DNA of 60,353 nucleotides, from contig CAYYRJ010000015.1 in the NCBI GenBank assembly GCA_964474085.1, positions 1 to 60,353 of the forward strand, read 5' to 3'. This document shows positions 16,903 through 26,128 of this stretch, in pieces. The notes below the pieces were generated by a model that saw only the letters and a program-made list of their open reading frames with translations, had not been told where the DNA came from and searched no databases. Source of the DNA: an uncultured Planctomycetales bacterium. GTDB taxonomy: Bacteria > Omnitrophota > Gorgyraeia > Zapsychrales > JANLHA01. Positions within the stretch are counted from its first letter, which is position 1; every line of letters starts with the position of its first letter. A program made the position numbers and the translations under genes.

Positions 16903-17370
16903 ATGGATCATATCTTAGCAAGTAAAAGAAAATTAGGCGATTTTTATGGTTTTACACTCATGGAAATAGTCATAGCCTCCATTATTTTAGGAGTTATAAC
17001 GGCAATGGCATTACCCTCGTATAGAAGATTAGCTGAACAAGAGCGGTGCTATAACTCACAAATGAATTTGATTACAATACATCAGGCTTCACAGATTTTT
17101 CGAATTAAAAATAAATCCATTGCGCCCACAGGTACGGATTTGGCTGCGATTAACGATAATTTTAATATCAATATCAGTGACCCTAATTTTACATACAGAC
17201 TCTCGGGTGACTGGAATAATCCTGGTGCCAGCCAGGTCCTAGCTGTTCGAAATCCTCCTGGGCCTTCCTATACGACAAGCGTTTTACTTTTACAAAATTT
17301 AAATGCGGGCAACCCAACTATACCCGCTGGTGAATTTCCTTATTGTCGCGGAAAAAAAGTCATCAACTAA
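16903..17370 (+). CDS. Type IV pilin / type II secretion pseudopilin-like protein (prepilin N-terminal methylation domain)
   Basis: Leader ending G|FTLMEIVIASIILGVITAMALP matches the prepilin peptidase cleavage/methylation motif. No other pilus genes are nearby. Confidence 0.8.
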   Translation: MDHILASKRKLGDFYGFTLMEIVIASIILGVITAMALPSYRRLAEQERCYNSQMNLITIHQASQIFRIKNKSIAPTGTDLAAINDNFNINISDPNFTYRLSGDWNNPGASQVLAVRNPPGPSYTTSVLLLQNLNAGNPTIPAGEFPYCRGKKVIN

Positions 17371-17422
17371 AAAACATAAGTTACAAGTATCTTCTGCATA
17401 TAAATCAGGAATATACTAGAAA

Positions 17423-17452
17423 TTGACAACTCCAGTTTGCCAATGCTAAAAT
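17423..17452 (+). promoter_or_regulatory. Candidate sigma70-type promoter (TTGACA-18 nt-TAAAAT) for comF-lptFG
   Basis: Consensus -35 and near-consensus -10, ending 8 nt before the GTG start. Confidence 0.4.
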
Positions 17453-17459
17453 CACATCC

Positions 17460-18290
17460 GTGTTACGCGATTTATGTGCTGGCTTGATTGACCTTGTCTA
17501 CCCCGCCTGCTGTATTCTCTGCAAAAATTCGCTTGGAGCGCTTGAGAAAACGCCTCGGCTTTGCTTTGCCTGCCAAAGCAAACTTACAAAAAACCGGCCG
17601 CCCTTTTGCCATCGCTGTTCGCGCCCCTTAGAAAATCCCGCTCACCATTTTTGCCTTAACTGCCAAAATTTTCCCATGGCCTTTGACCGCGCGTGGGGCG
17701 TTTTTCTCTATAATCGGACGATGCAAAGGCTGTTGCACCTTTTTAAGTACGGCCACAAAACCAGCCTGCGCCACTTTTTCACAGAACAGATTTGCCGTTT
17801 TGCCAGAGATTATAACCTTAATCTCAACGCCCATGACCTGATTGTGGCCGTCCCGCTCTATCCGACACGCCAACGCCAGCGAGGATATAATCAAAGCCTT
17901 CTGATCGCACAAATACTCAGCGAAGAATTTGGCATTCCTTTGGAATCCAAAAGTCTATTGCGCAAACGCCACACACCAAATCAAGCCCGTCTTAGCCAAA
18001 AAGAACGCTGGACAAACATGGATGCCGCCTTTAAAATTAACCCGGATTTTGCATTTCCATTTTTATGCGCGACGGATCGTCGCGCACTGGATTGTAATGC
18101 AAAATTTGGGTTTAAACCTTCCAATAACTTGCGTCATAAAAATATTTTGCTTGTTGACGACCTTTTTACAACAGGGGCAACAGCGTCCCAAGCGGCCCAA
18201 GTCCTCAAGGACGCCGGCGCAAACAAAGTTAACGTGCTAACAATAGCAATCGCAACACTAGATACAACAAGCAAAAGCCCAAAATTTTAA
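17460..18290 (+). CDS. comF: ComF-family protein (amidophosphoribosyltransferase-like, ComFC/GntX type)
   Basis: N-terminal double CxxC zinc finger (CCILC..CFAC; CHRCS..CLNC) and C-terminal PRTase motif LLVDDLFTTGATA. GTG start. Contains an extra ~20-aa segment (see 18046-18105). Confidence 0.85.
   Translation: MLRDLCAGLIDLVYPACCILCKNSLGALEKTPRLCFACQSKLTKNRPPFCHRCSRPLENPAHHFCLNCQNFPMAFDRAWGVFLYNRTMQRLLHLFKYGHKTSLRHFFTEQICRFARDYNLNLNAHDLIVAVPLYPTRQRQRGYNQSLLIAQILSEEFGIPLESKSLLRKRHTPNQARLSQKERWTNMDAAFKINPDFAFPFLCATDRRALDCNAKFGFKPSNNLRHKNILLVDDLFTTGATASQAAQVLKDAGANKVNVLTIAIATLDTTSKSPKF
18046..18105. repeat. 60-nt nested palindrome inside the comF reading frame
   Basis: ATTTTGCATT...AATGCAAAAT outer arms (10 bp) enclose the GCGCGACG-GAT-CGTCGCGC hairpin (18067-18085). 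The length is exactly 20 codons. Confidence 0.8.
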
Positions 18291-18291
18291 A

Positions 18292-19389
18292 ATGCGGATC
18301 CTTCGCAACTATATCCTTTCCGAGTGTGTCCTGCCCTTTTTTCTGGCTTTGGGAGTATTGACGTGTGTTTTTTTGCTCGGCAACTTAATCCAGCTGGTAA
18401 ACCTCGTCATCAACAAAGGCGTAAGTTTGGCCGTCATCGGCAAAGTTTTTCTTTTGTCCGTTCCACTCTTGTTAGGTTACACACTGCCGTTGGCCTGCTT
18501 AGTGGGAATAACGCTCGCTTTTAGCCGTTTATCTGCGGACAATGAAATCATCGCCATTCGCGCCAGCGGGATTTATCTTCTAAAACTTCTGATGCCGCTT
18601 TTAGCTGTGGGCATCGTCTTTAGCTTTTTTCTTTTTATTTTGACCGACCGTATCATCCCTTACGCCTATCACGAACAGCGCGTCATGCTCAAAACCTTAG
18701 GCAGCCGCAACCCGACGGCGCTATTAGAACCCGGCGTTTTTATCACGTCCTTTGAAAAACAAATCCTGTTTATCCACCGCATTGACGACAACAAATTCTT
18801 TAATATCACCATTTACCAACCGCAAGCCAACGGCAAGCCGACACGGACGATCACCGCTAAACGCGGGGAATTTAGTCCTGTGCCAGGCAAAGACCAAATT
18901 ATTTTAAAGCTCATCGATGGCACATCCGATGAGCCGGACCTGCAAAACCCAAACAATTTTTATAAACTCAATTTTCAAACTTTTTTTATGACGCTTGATT
19001 TATCGGCTGAAAACAAAAAAGAAATCACCAAAAAACCCAAAGGCATGTCGCTGTCCCAAATTGTCAAAGAACGTCAACGCCTCGAAAAATTGCTTGTCAA
19101 AACATCCGCGTTTGAAACCGAATACTGGCGCAAAATAACATGGGCGTTTTCGCCGCTTATTTTTATCTTGCTCGCCTTTCCTGTTTCAATCATCACCAAC
19201 AAAAGAGACAAACGCGCCAAAAATGTTTTTATCGTGATCCTGCTGGCGGTCACCTATTACCTTTTTTCTTTAGGTTGCGAAGCGTTAAGTTTGCAGGAAG
19301 TCGCCCCGGCGGGCATCATTCTGTGGGTCCCCAACCTTATCGGTTTTATTGCGGCTATTATTTTTAATTTTCGTTTATTAAGGATGTAA
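18292..19389 (+). CDS. lptF: LPS export ABC transporter permease, LptF/LptG (YjgP/YjgQ) family
   Basis: 365 aa. 3 TM helices, a periplasmic beta-jellyroll segment, then 3 TM helices. RASG motif (IAIRASGI). Confidence 0.8.
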   Translation: MRILRNYILSECVLPFFLALGVLTCVFLLGNLIQLVNLVINKGVSLAVIGKVFLLSVPLLLGYTLPLACLVGITLAFSRLSADNEIIAIRASGIYLLKLLMPLLAVGIVFSFFLFILTDRIIPYAYHEQRVMLKTLGSRNPTALLEPGVFITSFEKQILFIHRIDDNKFFNITIYQPQANGKPTRTITAKRGEFSPVPGKDQIILKLIDGTSDEPDLQNPNNFYKLNFQTFFMTLDLSAENKKEITKKPKGMSLSQIVKERQRLEKLLVKTSAFETEYWRKITWAFSPLIFILLAFPVSIITNKRDKRAKNVFIVILLAVTYYLFSLGCEALSLQEVAPAGIILWVPNLIGFIAAIIFNFRLLRM

Positions 19390-19390
19390 G

Positions 19391-20494
19391 ATGCGCATCA
19401 TTGACCGTTATATTACCTTGTCGATCGCTTTTGTTTTTTCTGTCATTTCCTTGATGTTTTCGCTGTTGTATATCCTGATTAACACCACAAGCAATCTCGA
19501 CGAGTTTATCGCCCAAAAAGTCCCCATCCCTGTCATTATTCAATACAACCTTGCAAATTTGCCGCTTATTCTTGTCGAAACATCTTTTATCACGTGTTTG
19601 ATTGCTGTGCTTTTTTGTTATTCAGGCCTTAACAATCACAATGAGATTATCGCCCTGCGGGCTAGCGGCATGAATTTTTGGCGAATCAGCCGGCCAGCGA
19701 TCTTTTTTTCAATTTTTATCGCCGGACTGACTATGTTTGCCAATGAACAGTACGTTCCGCAAGCCCAAGAACGCGCCCAAAAAATCCGCAATGAACACAT
19801 TATTCTCGAAGTCGACCGCACAAAAAAGAAAACCGCAAAAATCAATTACTTGACGTATTACGGCTTTAAAAACCGTCTCTACTGCATCGACGTCTATGAC
19901 CCAAACACCTATGAAATGCAAGGGATCACAATCCATGAATATGACGAAAAAATGCAGTTGCGCGAAAAGACGCTTGCCCTCAAAGGCAAATGGACCGGGA
20001 TAGCGTGGAAATTTTATAATGTTTATATCAGCACGATCATTAATCCCGAAACAGGGGAAGCGACTATCAAACCCGTCGGGGAAAAGCTCATGGATATCAA
20101 GGAGTCACCGCAGGACTTTTTGCGCCAAAGCCTTAACGTCAATGCGATGAATTCCCGTCAGCTGTATCAGTACATCAGCCGTTTTTCCAAAAGCGGCGCG
20201 CTTAGGGCAATTAACAATTTGCACGTTGACCTGCACCAAAAAATCGCAAAACCTTTTTCGATTATTGTGATTGTTTTAGCCGGCCTGCCGCTGGCTTTAT
20301 TTGTCGGACGGCGCAAAGCCCAAACCTTTAGTGCGCTGGCTATTGCCATCGCACTGGCATTTCTTTATATGGTCGTTAATTCCGTCGGGATTGCTTTAGG
20401 AAAATCCGGCGTTTTGTGGCCGTTTGTATCCGCGTGGTTGGCCCCGGCAAGTTTTGCGGCGCTGGCGGGATATTTGATTAAGAAGAAGTTTTAA
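19391..20494 (+). CDS. lptG: LPS export ABC transporter permease, LptF/LptG family (second paralog)
   Basis: 367 aa with the same architecture (IALRASGM). Adjacent to its paralog with a 1-nt gap. Confidence 0.8.
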   Translation: MRIIDRYITLSIAFVFSVISLMFSLLYILINTTSNLDEFIAQKVPIPVIIQYNLANLPLILVETSFITCLIAVLFCYSGLNNHNEIIALRASGMNFWRISRPAIFFSIFIAGLTMFANEQYVPQAQERAQKIRNEHIILEVDRTKKKTAKINYLTYYGFKNRLYCIDVYDPNTYEMQGITIHEYDEKMQLREKTLALKGKWTGIAWKFYNVYISTIINPETGEATIKPVGEKLMDIKESPQDFLRQSLNVNAMNSRQLYQYISRFSKSGALRAINNLHVDLHQKIAKPFSIIVIVLAGLPLALFVGRRKAQTFSALAIAIALAFLYMVVNSVGIALGKSGVLWPFVSAWLAPASFAALAGYLIKKKF

Positions 20495-21602
20495 TATACT
20501 CGCGCTCTAGCCGGTTGCCGAGGTTGCAGACAATTTCATAGTTGATCGTGCCCGCCCAAGCGCTTAACTGCTCAGCTGTTATGCTTTGTTTCTTGTCAGT
20601 CCCCAAGACAGTGACCTGGTCCCCAATGTTAAGCGTCTTGACATGCGAAACATCGACGATAATCTGGTCCATCGTCACATTGCCCAAAACAGGACAGCGC
20701 TTGCCATGAATCAAAACGAAAGCCTTATTGGACAGACAACGAAAATACCCGTCGCTATAACCGATGGCCAACGTGGCGACTTTCATCTTCTTTTTTGCAA
20801 CATACGTATGTCCGTAACTAACCCCGCGTCCTTTTTCTAAACTTTTGACAAAAAGTACCCGAGTTTTGACACTCATCGCGGCTTTAAGTTTAATTTTTTT
20901 TCGCAAATCTTCCCGCGGATAAAGGCCATAGAGCATAAGCCCGGGACGCGCCAAATTTAAAATGGAATTCGGGTAACCGGACAAGCCCATACTGTTGGCG
21001 GCATGTACATAGCGAATCGTTTTTTTTAGCTCGCCTAAGGAATCCAGAAGTGTCGCGAAATCTTTAAGCTGCTGGCCTGTAAATTCAGGATCGCTGTCAG
21101 AAAGCGGAAAATGCGTAAAAATCCCGTCGATGACAAGATTGGGAAAACTGGCCACCAAACGGATAAATTCAAAGGCGTCCTTGTGCCAAACCCCCAGACG
21201 GCCCATCCCGGTATCGACCTTAATATGCACTTTGACTTTTTCTTTGCATTTTGCCGCTTCTTTATTAAGCGCGCGCGCCAACTCCATCGTACAGACACAA
21301 GGAATCAAATGAAACTTGACAATATCCGCCGCCAAAGCTGGCAAGGGACTTTCTAAAAGCAAAATCTCGTTTTTAAAACCATTGCCTCTCAACTCTTTGC
21401 CCTCTGTAAGGTCGGAGACGCCAAAAATTTTGACCCCCAACCGGGCAAGCTCTTCTGCAACTGCAATCATCCCATGCCCGTAGGCATCAGCCTTTATAAC
21501 CGGCAAAATCTCGACGCTGTTTTTTTTGAGAATTTTGAAATTATGCCGGATAGCGGATAAGTCAATCTGGGCCCATGTCAAAAGAGTAGAGTTGTTTTTC
21601 AT
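20478..21602 (-). CDS. alr: Alanine racemase
   Basis: PLP-lysine motif VIKADAYGHG and C-terminal YGH.Y...... pattern. 374 aa. Confidence 0.9.
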   Translation of the reverse strand: MKNNSTLLTWAQIDLSAIRHNFKILKKNSVEILPVIKADAYGHGMIAVAEELARLGVKIFGVSDLTEGKELRGNGFKNEILLLESPLPALAADIVKFHLIPCVCTMELARALNKEAAKCKEKVKVHIKVDTGMGRLGVWHKDAFEFIRLVASFPNLVIDGIFTHFPLSDSDPEFTGQQLKDFATLLDSLGELKKTIRYVHAANSMGLSGYPNSILNLARPGLMLYGLYPREDLRKKIKLKAAMSVKTRVLFVKSLEKGRGVSYGHTYVAKKKMKVATLAIGYSDGYFRCLSNKAFVLIHGKRCPVLGNVTMDQIIVDVSHVKTLNIGDQVTVLGTDKKQSITAEQLSAWAGTINYEIVCNLGNRLEREYIKTSS

Positions 21603-22291
21603 TTTTGCACCTGACAGTCTTCGGGGTATAAATACAACGGCACCAACGTATCGATATTGGCAAATTTCTTTTTTCTTAAACGCTCCTCTGCCAAGATCAT
21701 TAAATTTTTAGCGCTCGGATAGGCCTTGACCTCTGTGGCAAAACTCACCTGCAGCTTTTGGGTTTTTGCCAAAAAATATTTTTCGATATCCGTCTTATAG
21801 GCCACCAGCGCATCACCGACAAAAATCGTGTCGGCCGTTATTCTATCAAGCAAACTGACCAGCGGCGTTAATAAATATTCACTTTTTTTCTTTAATTTTC
21901 CGTTCGTATTTTCATAAAGACAGGCATAAACCATATTACGTCGCGCATCTAAAAGGACACAAATTTGTCGCTCTGTCTTGCCCACATTAAGCGCAACCGC
22001 ATCCATGCTGGGAATCCCGATAACCGGCGTGCCTAAAGCAAAACTCATCGCCTTGACCGTCGAGAGACCAACGCGCAGACTGGTAAAAGACCCCGGGCCT
22101 AAACCAACGACGAGAGCATCGAGATCCGGCAATTTCCATTTCGCAGCTTTTAAAATCCGGTCAATAGCCGGAACAATCGAGTCGGACAAAATTTTATCAA
22201 GCACCATTGTACGGCTTTTAAGAATACTTTTTCCGTCGCTTAAACCTAAGCAAAAACGCTTGGAAGATGTTTCAAGGGCAAGAATTTTCAT
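21599..22291 (-). CDS. tsaB: tRNA t6A37 biosynthesis protein TsaB
   Basis: ILALETSS N-terminus, GPGSFTSLRVG motif. 230 aa. Confidence 0.85.
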   Translation of the reverse strand: MKILALETSSKRFCLGLSDGKSILKSRTMVLDKILSDSIVPAIDRILKAAKWKLPDLDALVVGLGPGSFTSLRVGLSTVKAMSFALGTPVIGIPSMDAVALNVGKTERQICVLLDARRNMVYACLYENTNGKLKKKSEYLLTPLVSLLDRITADTIFVGDALVAYKTDIEKYFLAKTQKLQVSFATEVKAYPSAKNLMILAEERLRKKKFANIDTLVPLYLYPEDCQVQK

Positions 22292-22294
22292 AAA

Positions 22295-23143
22295 CTACTT
22301 CCCGTATAAATTTTTGTGTTGTTTTTTCTTAACAATTTTAATACTTTCATGGCTAGGAAGATGCTCCGGCATTGTCCCACCAATTTCCGCGATAGTTTTT
22401 CGCACCTTCTTGCCAACCTCAAAATGCGTTTGGTTGGCTCTTGTCTTATCTTTAACGCGATCACGACGCAACTTTTCTTCCGTTTGCGTAGCACGAAACA
22501 AATTTGCTGCCAATTCAGTGCTCCCCATATGATCCAAGATCTGCTGTCCCTTTTTTAATCCTTTGTGCAAATGGATATCTTTCGAAGCCAATCCTCCGTA
22601 AAGACCACGATAACCATGATCCTGAAAAATCGCATAATCCAATGGCGCAAGAACACCCGCATTTTTTGCAATACCTGCCAACTGCTTATTATGAACTTTA
22701 AGCTGATTTCGTAAAAACAAACGCCGTTCGTTTTCCGTCTTAAGGTTTTTATAATCAGCCTGCTGACTGAGCTCCTGTTTTCTGGTCTGAATGGCAAAAT
22801 AAGTTTGTCCGAGGGCAACAATCGGTTTTGCGGGATCAGCATTTTGAACGATCAAATAACAGGCATAGCGGGAAAGATGAATATCGTCGATCTGCCTTTG
22901 TGCGCCTGAACCTATGGGGACCATTTCGTGCATATCCACGAAATGGTCTATTGTTTTCTGACCGCTATTAGAACAAGATTCTTTAGCCTTTAAAATAACT
23001 GGAGAGAAATTTCTATACTCAAGATAACCAAGAATTCTTGCTATTTCCCTTGCCGACCAATAATCTTGCCCGTTTTCATGAACTTGTCGAGCAGCTTCAA
23101 AAGTTGGTTGGTGCTTGACTACAATTCCATTTTTGCTATTCAT
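22295..23143 (-). CDS. dinD: DNA damage-inducible protein D (DinD-like)
   Basis: Pattern G.DYWSAREIA.ILGY..YRNF..VI.KA...C..SG....DHF......V.IGSGA.R.I.D..LSRYACYLI.QN.DP.K is typical of DinD. Confidence 0.75.
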   Translation of the reverse strand: MNSKNGIVVKHQPTFEAARQVHENGQDYWSAREIARILGYLEYRNFSPVILKAKESCSNSGQKTIDHFVDMHEMVPIGSGAQRQIDDIHLSRYACYLIVQNADPAKPIVALGQTYFAIQTRKQELSQQADYKNLKTENERRLFLRNQLKVHNKQLAGIAKNAGVLAPLDYAIFQDHGYRGLYGGLASKDIHLHKGLKKGQQILDHMGSTELAANLFRATQTEEKLRRDRVKDKTRANQTHFEVGKKVRKTIAEIGGTMPEHLPSHESIKIVKKKQHKNLYGK

Positions 23144-23237
23144 GCAAACTCCTTGCCAAGGGGATATTGCGAAGGGAAAGAGGGGTTAACACTTGAAAAA
23201 ATATTAACATACACCAAACATTTACTGAAATTTATTT

Positions 23238-23708
23238 TCAATTACCACTGATTGCATTGACTAACTTTTTGTATCTTTCCCCTTGTGGGACAAAGCATAA
23301 AATACGTGTCTGTTCTCCCTGATCGCAGAGTTCAATCGACAAATGCTCCGATGGCATAAGACGCCCAAAACGCTCTGCCCACTCGATGACCGCAACCCCC
23401 TGCCCATAAATAAATTCGTCATACCCGATGCCTTCAATGTCCTTATGGCTTTCAAGCCGGTAAAAATCAAAATGATACAAAGGCAAACGGCCTTCGTATA
23501 CGTTCATAATCACAAAGGTGGGGCTGTTAACATTTTTCTCGTCGATACCAAGTCCACGGGCGATCCCTTTGACAAACGTTGTCTTGCCCGCGCCTAAGTT
23601 GCCACAGAGACAAAGAATTTCGCCGCCTTCGCACTGCTTGGCTAAACGTTCACCAATCTTTTGTGTTTCTTGTACGCTGTGAGTTGTGACATGTAATGTG
23701 TTCATCAA
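23238..23708 (-). CDS. tsaE: tRNA t6A37 biosynthesis ATPase TsaE
   Basis: P-loop GNLGAGKTTFVKG, SPTF, and the HFDFYRL motif. Confidence 0.88.
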   Translation of the reverse strand: MMNTLHVTTHSVQETQKIGERLAKQCEGGEILCLCGNLGAGKTTFVKGIARGLGIDEKNVNSPTFVIMNVYEGRLPLYHFDFYRLESHKDIEGIGYDEFIYGQGVAVIEWAERFGRLMPSEHLSIELCDQGEQTRILCFVPQGERYKKLVNAISGN

Positions 23709-24595
23709 AAATGCACAAATCCTTTTGGATCCAGCAAACTTACCTTGCCGTTTTTTTGACGGAGGAATAATTTATATTTATCGGCGGTGATTTCGCCAAT
23801 ACAATAAAAACCGCTTTTCTTAAATTGCAAAAGTTTTTTTGCCAAAGGCTTAGAAAGAGTAAATAAAAGTTCAAAATCCTCCCCGTCACAAAGACCCGCC
23901 TTCAAATCCACCCCACGATGAAGCGGGATTTTGTCCTCCTCTAAAATCGCGCCGACACCGCTTTCTTCTAAAATGTGTCCCAAATCCCCAGCCAACCCGT
24001 CGGAAATATCGATCATAGCCGTCGGGTAAAAGTTCTTGACCAAATATTGCGCTTCCGGCACACGCGGGGTAAACGTCAAATGCCGGCCAGACTTTAAAGA
24101 ACCGCCCAAAGCGCCGGTGACAAAAATCCCATCGCCGGGTTTTGCACCACGGCGCAAAACGGCTTTATTTTTGGCCACAGTTGCCAACAAAGCAATATTA
24201 ATAACAATGTGCGCACTTTTGACCGTATCCCCGCCGACAATGCTCACGTCAAACTCTTTGGCCAAACGATTGATGCCTTGATAAATCTTCTTAACGTACG
24301 CAGTCGAAGTGTTTTGAGGCAACCCTAACGACACAACCGCATACGTAGGCGTCCCGCCCATCGCCGCAATATCGCTTAAGTTGCGAGCCAAAGCTTTGCG
24401 GCCAATCAGCTCTGGCTTTGTCTGTTTTGTAAAATGCACGCCCTCAACCGACATGTCCGTCGTCAAAAGCAAATCCTGCCGCGCATTTAAGGGCAAAACA
24501 GCCGTATCATCGCCAATGCCCTGTTTAACCGAAACCGAGCAAACAGCACTTTTACGCATCCAATCGATTAAAGCCAATTCGCTAAGTTCGTCCAT
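23705..24595 (-). CDS. thiL: Thiamine-monophosphate kinase
   Basis: GIGDDTAVL N-terminal motif, AIR-synthase-like fold pattern, DISDGL motif. Confidence 0.85.
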   Translation of the reverse strand: MDELSELALIDWMRKSAVCSVSVKQGIGDDTAVLPLNARQDLLLTTDMSVEGVHFTKQTKPELIGRKALARNLSDIAAMGGTPTYAVVSLGLPQNTSTAYVKKIYQGINRLAKEFDVSIVGGDTVKSAHIVINIALLATVAKNKAVLRRGAKPGDGIFVTGALGGSLKSGRHLTFTPRVPEAQYLVKNFYPTAMIDISDGLAGDLGHILEESGVGAILEEDKIPLHRGVDLKAGLCDGEDFELLFTLSKPLAKKLLQFKKSGFYCIGEITADKYKLFLRQKNGKVSLLDPKGFVHF

Positions 24596-24602
24596 AACAA
24601 CG

Positions 24603-25106
24603 CTATTTTCTTTTCAACCTTCTAACAACAATAATCATATGAACCACTATTAATAAAAAAAACAGAACAATTAACATAATAAATGTTGAAATATGCCTAG
24701 CACTATAGCCTTGAATAATCGTCGAATACTGCGGGTTTAATGGGTTATAAAAAACAGGTATGCTTTTACCAATCACATAAAGTGGACTTATAGTATCATC
24801 AATATACTTTTGAGCCTCTAGCGTGATCGGTATTGAAAAATTCATTGTCCCCATATTGTTATATTTCTTACCGTTGACTACATAATTAAATTCAACGCTC
24901 ATAAAATAACGCGAAAAACCAGATGACCGCAACTTCTGATTAGGTCCAGAATTACTGATTTGGCCATGTGAGGACAATATTATCCCCTGCACGGAAGGCC
25001 AATTCTCGACGTCTTTGTACTGACTAAACAAATAAAAAAATACACCTCCCATAATTAGCAATACCAAAAGTCCAACCAAATGAAACCGAATTCCTTTGTA
25101 TATCAT
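24603..25106 (-). CDS. DUF3592-like membrane protein
   Basis: 167 aa. N-terminal TM helix, a beta-rich middle with Y.V.GK.Y and YNP.NP, and a C-terminal TM helix. AT-rich. Confidence 0.6.
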   Translation of the reverse strand: MIYKGIRFHLVGLLVLLIMGGVFFYLFSQYKDVENWPSVQGIILSSHGQISNSGPNQKLRSSGFSRYFMSVEFNYVVNGKKYNNMGTMNFSIPITLEAQKYIDDTISPLYVIGKSIPVFYNPLNPQYSTIIQGYSARHISTFIMLIVLFFLLIVVHMIIVVRRLKRK

Positions 25107-25110
25107 CTTT

Positions 25111-26112
25111 TCACCGTTTTAGACTTTTCTCTGTGATAATCGCCGTAATAAGCTCGTGCGGGGTCACGTCAAATGCCGGGTTAAAAACTTTAATACCCTT
25201 TGGCGCCGTCGGGACAGAGGCAAAACACGCAACTTCCTCACTCTTGCGTTCTTCGATCACAATGCCATCACCAGTTTTTGTTGTCGCATCAAACGTCGAG
25301 CGCGGCGCAACAATATAAAATGGAATCTTGTGATGCTTGGCTAAAACTGCAAGACTATACGTGCCGATCTTGTTCGCTGTGTCGCCATTTAACGCGATGC
25401 GGTCCGCACCAGCAAAAACAGCGTCGATCTTGCCCTGTTTCATCAGGGTTGCGGCCATGCTGTCGCAAATCAAGGTCGTGTCGATTTTCGCACGCAACAA
25501 TTCCCAGCACGTCAACCGCGCTCCCTGCAAAAGCGGACGCGTTTCACAACTATAAACTTTAAACGACTTGCCCGCTTCTTTGGCCGCATAAAAAACGCCT
25601 AAAGCCGTTCCGTAATCGACGGTCGCCAAAGCGCCCGCGTTGCAAATCGTTAAATACGTCCCGCCCTTTTTGATAAATTTCGCGCCATGCTTGCCCATTT
25701 GCCGGCAAACGCGCCGGTCCTGCTCATAAATTTCCAGCGCCTTTTTTTCTAAAAGTTTTTTTAACTCTCCAACCGTAGCCGACGGATGCGCGCGAGTAAC
25801 TGTTCGCATTTCTGCAAGAACATTAAAAAGGTTAACCGCCGTCGGGCGGGATGTGCCAATATAATCACAAACTTCGCTTAACTTCTGCTCAAATTGCCGA
25901 CGATCCGAACTTTTGAAATTCTTAATACCTAACAAAACGCCAAAGCCAGCGGCAACACCAAGTGCCGGCGCGCCGCGCACCTGCAAAGTTTTGATCGCCT
26001 GCCAGAGCGTTTTAACGTCGGAGCACGTAATGTATTTTAACTTCGTCGGAAGCAGCGTCTGGTCAATGAGTCTGACAACGCCTTTAGACCATGTGAGTGT
26101 TGGAGGATTCAT
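25111..26112 (-). CDS. mtnA: S-methyl-5-thioribose-1-phosphate isomerase (eIF-2B alpha/beta/delta-like family)
   Basis: LIDQT.LP, VRGAPA.GV.A, TRPTAVNL, GADRIA.NGD.ANKIGTY and PAFD.TP motifs. Confidence 0.85.
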   Translation of the reverse strand: MNPPTLTWSKGVVRLIDQTLLPTKLKYITCSDVKTLWQAIKTLQVRGAPALGVAAGFGVLLGIKNFKSSDRRQFEQKLSEVCDYIGTSRPTAVNLFNVLAEMRTVTRAHPSATVGELKKLLEKKALEIYEQDRRVCRQMGKHGAKFIKKGGTYLTICNAGALATVDYGTALGVFYAAKEAGKSFKVYSCETRPLLQGARLTCWELLRAKIDTTLICDSMAATLMKQGKIDAVFAGADRIALNGDTANKIGTYSLAVLAKHHKIPFYIVAPRSTFDATTKTGDGIVIEERKSEEVACFASVPTAPKGIKVFNPAFDVTPHELITAIITEKSLKR

Positions 26113-26128
26113 AATTTATATTTATGAA

